64,000 nucleotides of DNA from an uncultured Dehalococcoidia bacterium (lineage in GTDB: Bacteria; Chloroflexota; Dehalococcoidia; Lucifugimonadales; UBA1123): NCBI GenBank assembly GCA_951812505.1, contig CATOSI010000001.1, positions 857,273 through 921,272 of the forward strand. Reading direction: 5' to 3'. The notes under the pieces are model-generated. The model was not told the DNA's origin. It saw nothing but the letters and a program-made list of their open reading frames with translations, and did not search any database. The position numbers and the translations under genes are program-made. Shown here in pieces: positions 61,915-64,000 of this stretch (positions are counted from its first letter, which is position 1; each line of letters opens with the position of its first letter).

Positions 61915-63513
61915 ATGGCACTCCCAACGGCTCGAGAACTCAGAAGATCGCTGGCTCCATACGACTCGTATCCGCTCCAGGACCTGCTGACGCGGGCGAC
62001 GACGCGATACGGGGGCAGAACCGCGGTCGTTGACGGTGCCCGCTCATTCACGTACAGCCAGATGGGGGAGTATTCGGACAGGTTGTCGAGCGCCCTGGCG
62101 GGGTTAGGCATCGGCAAGGGAGATCGCGTGGCGATACTCGCGCCGAATTGCGCGGAGTTCGTGATTGCGTTCTTCGGCATACTCAAGGCGGGGGCTGTGG
62201 TCACGACGGTCAATTCCGGCTACCGCGAGAGGGAGATAGCGCACCAAATCAACGACAGCGGCGCCGAGACCCTGATCGTGCACGAGTCGCTCAAGCCAAT
62301 GGCCGATCTGGCGCGCGATGACGTCAAGGGGCTTAAGCGTGAATTCGTCATCCGGCCGGACTCTTCGGACAGTGAGTCATTCTGGGGCCTGCTGGAGAGA
62401 GCTCCCGCTTCGACGCCGGACATTGCAATAGACCCGAAGAGCGACCTGGCCGTGCTTCCCTACTCCTCAGGTACTACGGGCCTGTCCAAAGGAGTGATGC
62501 TGACCCATTACAACCTGAGTTCCAACGTGGAACAGTTCACGCGACGCGACGGTGAGGAAGCGAACTTGAAGGCGAACGATGTCATCCTCACACATCTTCC
62601 CCTGTTCCACATCTATGGGATGAACGTGCTGATGAACGGAGCGATAGGAGCCGGAGCGACGCAGGTGATGATGGGGCGTTTCGACATGGACGAGTTTCTC
62701 GACGTCATGTCGGGACATGGCGTGTCAGTCTTATTCACGGTGCCTCCCGTGGGGCTAGGACTCACACAGTACCCGGCGGTGCGGGAAACCGACCTGTCGG
62801 CTTTGAGAGTGGGCTTCTTCGGGGCCGCGCCTCTGTCGGAGGACATGCAGCAGAGAGTCCAGGAGTCCCTCGGAGTCCCAATCATTCAGGGATACGGCAT
62901 GACTGAATCATCCCCGGTCACCAACGCCGACTTCATGGAGCCGCATCTGATCAGGCATGGCTCAATAGGACCGGCCATGCCAGATACGGAGGAGAAGGTG
63001 GTTGACCTGGAAACCGGGGAGCGCGAGGTGCCGTTCGGCGAGATCGGCGAACTGCTCGTCCGCGGGCCGCAGGTTATGAAGGGCTACTACAACAATCAGG
63101 CGGCTACCGCCGAGACACTAAGCGAGGACGGCTGGCTGCACACAGGGGACATCGTTCGTATGGACGCGGACGGTTACGTATGGGTGCTCGACCGCAAGAA
63201 GGAACTCATCAAGTACAAGGGTTTCCAGGTGCCGCCAGCCGAACTCGAAGGCGTGCTTCTGGAGCATCCCGGCATCTCGGATGCCGCAGTAATCGGCAAG
63301 GACGACCTGGAATCCGGTGAGATTCCGAAGGCCTTCGTCGTTACCGGCCAGGGGGTGGAACTGAGCGTCGAGGAAGTAATGAGTTTCGTCGCGGGTAAAG
63401 TGGCGACATTCAAGCACGTTCGCGAGGTGGAGTTCACGGACGCGATTCCCAAGAACCCGTCGGGCAAGATACTCAGGCGGACGCTCATCGAACGGGAGAG
63501 GGAGCGGGAATGA
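61915..63513 (+). CDS. AMP-dependent acyl-CoA synthetase/ligase
   Basis: AMP-binding signature LPYSSGTTGLSKGVMLTH, plus GYGMTE, TGDIVRMDADGYVWVLDRKKELIKYKG and GKILRR. Confidence 0.9.
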   Translation: MALPTARELRRSLAPYDSYPLQDLLTRATTRYGGRTAVVDGARSFTYSQMGEYSDRLSSALAGLGIGKGDRVAILAPNCAEFVIAFFGILKAGAVVTTVNSGYREREIAHQINDSGAETLIVHESLKPMADLARDDVKGLKREFVIRPDSSDSESFWGLLERAPASTPDIAIDPKSDLAVLPYSSGTTGLSKGVMLTHYNLSSNVEQFTRRDGEEANLKANDVILTHLPLFHIYGMNVLMNGAIGAGATQVMMGRFDMDEFLDVMSGHGVSVLFTVPPVGLGLTQYPAVRETDLSALRVGFFGAAPLSEDMQQRVQESLGVPIIQGYGMTESSPVTNADFMEPHLIRHGSIGPAMPDTEEKVVDLETGEREVPFGEIGELLVRGPQVMKGYYNNQAATAETLSEDGWLHTGDIVRMDADGYVWVLDRKKELIKYKGFQVPPAELEGVLLEHPGISDAAVIGKDDLESGEIPKAFVVTGQGVELSVEEVMSFVAGKVATFKHVREVEFTDAIPKNPSGKILRRTLIERERERE

Positions 63514-63564
63514 CCGCCCTGTTGACCAATACCTAATTCCTGAAAACGAAAGTGTCCGACCAGC

Positions 63565-64000
63565 TTAGTCCTGGACTATACTCGCGTGTACTATGTTGGA
63601 CACTTTGTCCAGCCTTACGCTGTGCCAGGGTTCAGGCGACATGCAGTTGGACAGGTAGGTGAACGAGACACCGGACTCGGGGTCTCCCCAGGAGTAGGAG
63701 GTTCCGGCTCCGCCATGTCCGAAGGTCGAGGGCGACGCGATGGTACCCAGGCCTCGAATCGTTGGCGTGAATCCCCTTACGTGCGGGCCGATTCCTCTGT
63801 GCATGGGCATTCCCATGTTCTCGTCAACCCTGTCGCCGGTGTGGTTGCGGGTGGCATACTGAATCGCTCTCGGACTGAGGACCCTTGTCCCATTGAGGAC
63901 TCCGCCGTTGAGCAGCATCTGGTAGAAGGACGCGATCCCTCGCGCCGTTCCATATCCGCCCGCACCGGGCACACCGGCTGCGCGCCAAGCGCGAGTGTTG
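63565..64000 (-). CDS. serine hydrolase (beta-lactamase class C-related), C-terminal part; N-terminus outside window
   Basis: ORF open to the window end. GGYGTARGIASFYQMLLNGG and FGHGGAGTS are typical of beta-lactamase-related esterases. Confidence 0.65.
   Translation of the reverse strand, partial: NTRAWRAAGVPGAGGYGTARGIASFYQMLLNGGVLNGTRVLSPRAIQYATRNHTGDRVDENMGMPMHRGIGPHVRGFTPTIRGLGTIASPSTFGHGGAGTSYSWGDPESGVSFTYLSNCMSPEPWHSVRLDKVSNIVHASIVQD

Overview
A 64-kb chromosomal segment from a moderately GC-rich bacterium. AGGAGG-type RBSs are strong and genes are densely packed. The lineage cannot be determined here; my unverified guess is an uncultured Chloroflexota-like marine lineage. I call about 60 protein genes, mostly housekeeping, hydrolase, oxidoreductase and transporter functions. 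There are three tRNAs: tRNA-Sec, tRNA-Gly(CCC) and tRNA-Ile(GAU). I saw no rRNA, CRISPR array, transposase or integrase. Five things deserve a second look. (1) A selenocysteine-decoding trait: selC, selA, a selD that itself has an in-frame UGA, and a UGSC-type selenoprotein that the ORF track splits in two; both UGA codons are followed by SECIS-like hairpins. (2) A tightly coupled operon, coaE / CbbQ-NorQ-type AAA+ / CoA-pyrophosphatase-type NUDIX / 1096-aa CbbO-NorD-type VWA protein, with no obvious client enzyme nearby. (3) A small AT-rich islet at tRNA-Ile, bounded by a degenerate copy of the tRNA 3' half. It carries higBA, a 347-aa orphan gene and a nonsense-interrupted gene. It ends next to a relic of a gamma-glutamyltransferase C-terminus that lies in frame behind the stop of a GMC oxidoreductase gene. 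(4) At least four families of short intergenic hairpin repeats, including an ATTCCC-N8-GGGAAT element. One cluster of hairpins is inserted in frame inside thiL. (5) Several unexplained motif arrays in long intergenic regions: an 11-bp-phased CAGGTG/CACCTG palindromic array, AGTTGTCAGT boxes, and a G-quadruplex motif. All functional names come from motif recognition by eye; no database search was possible.
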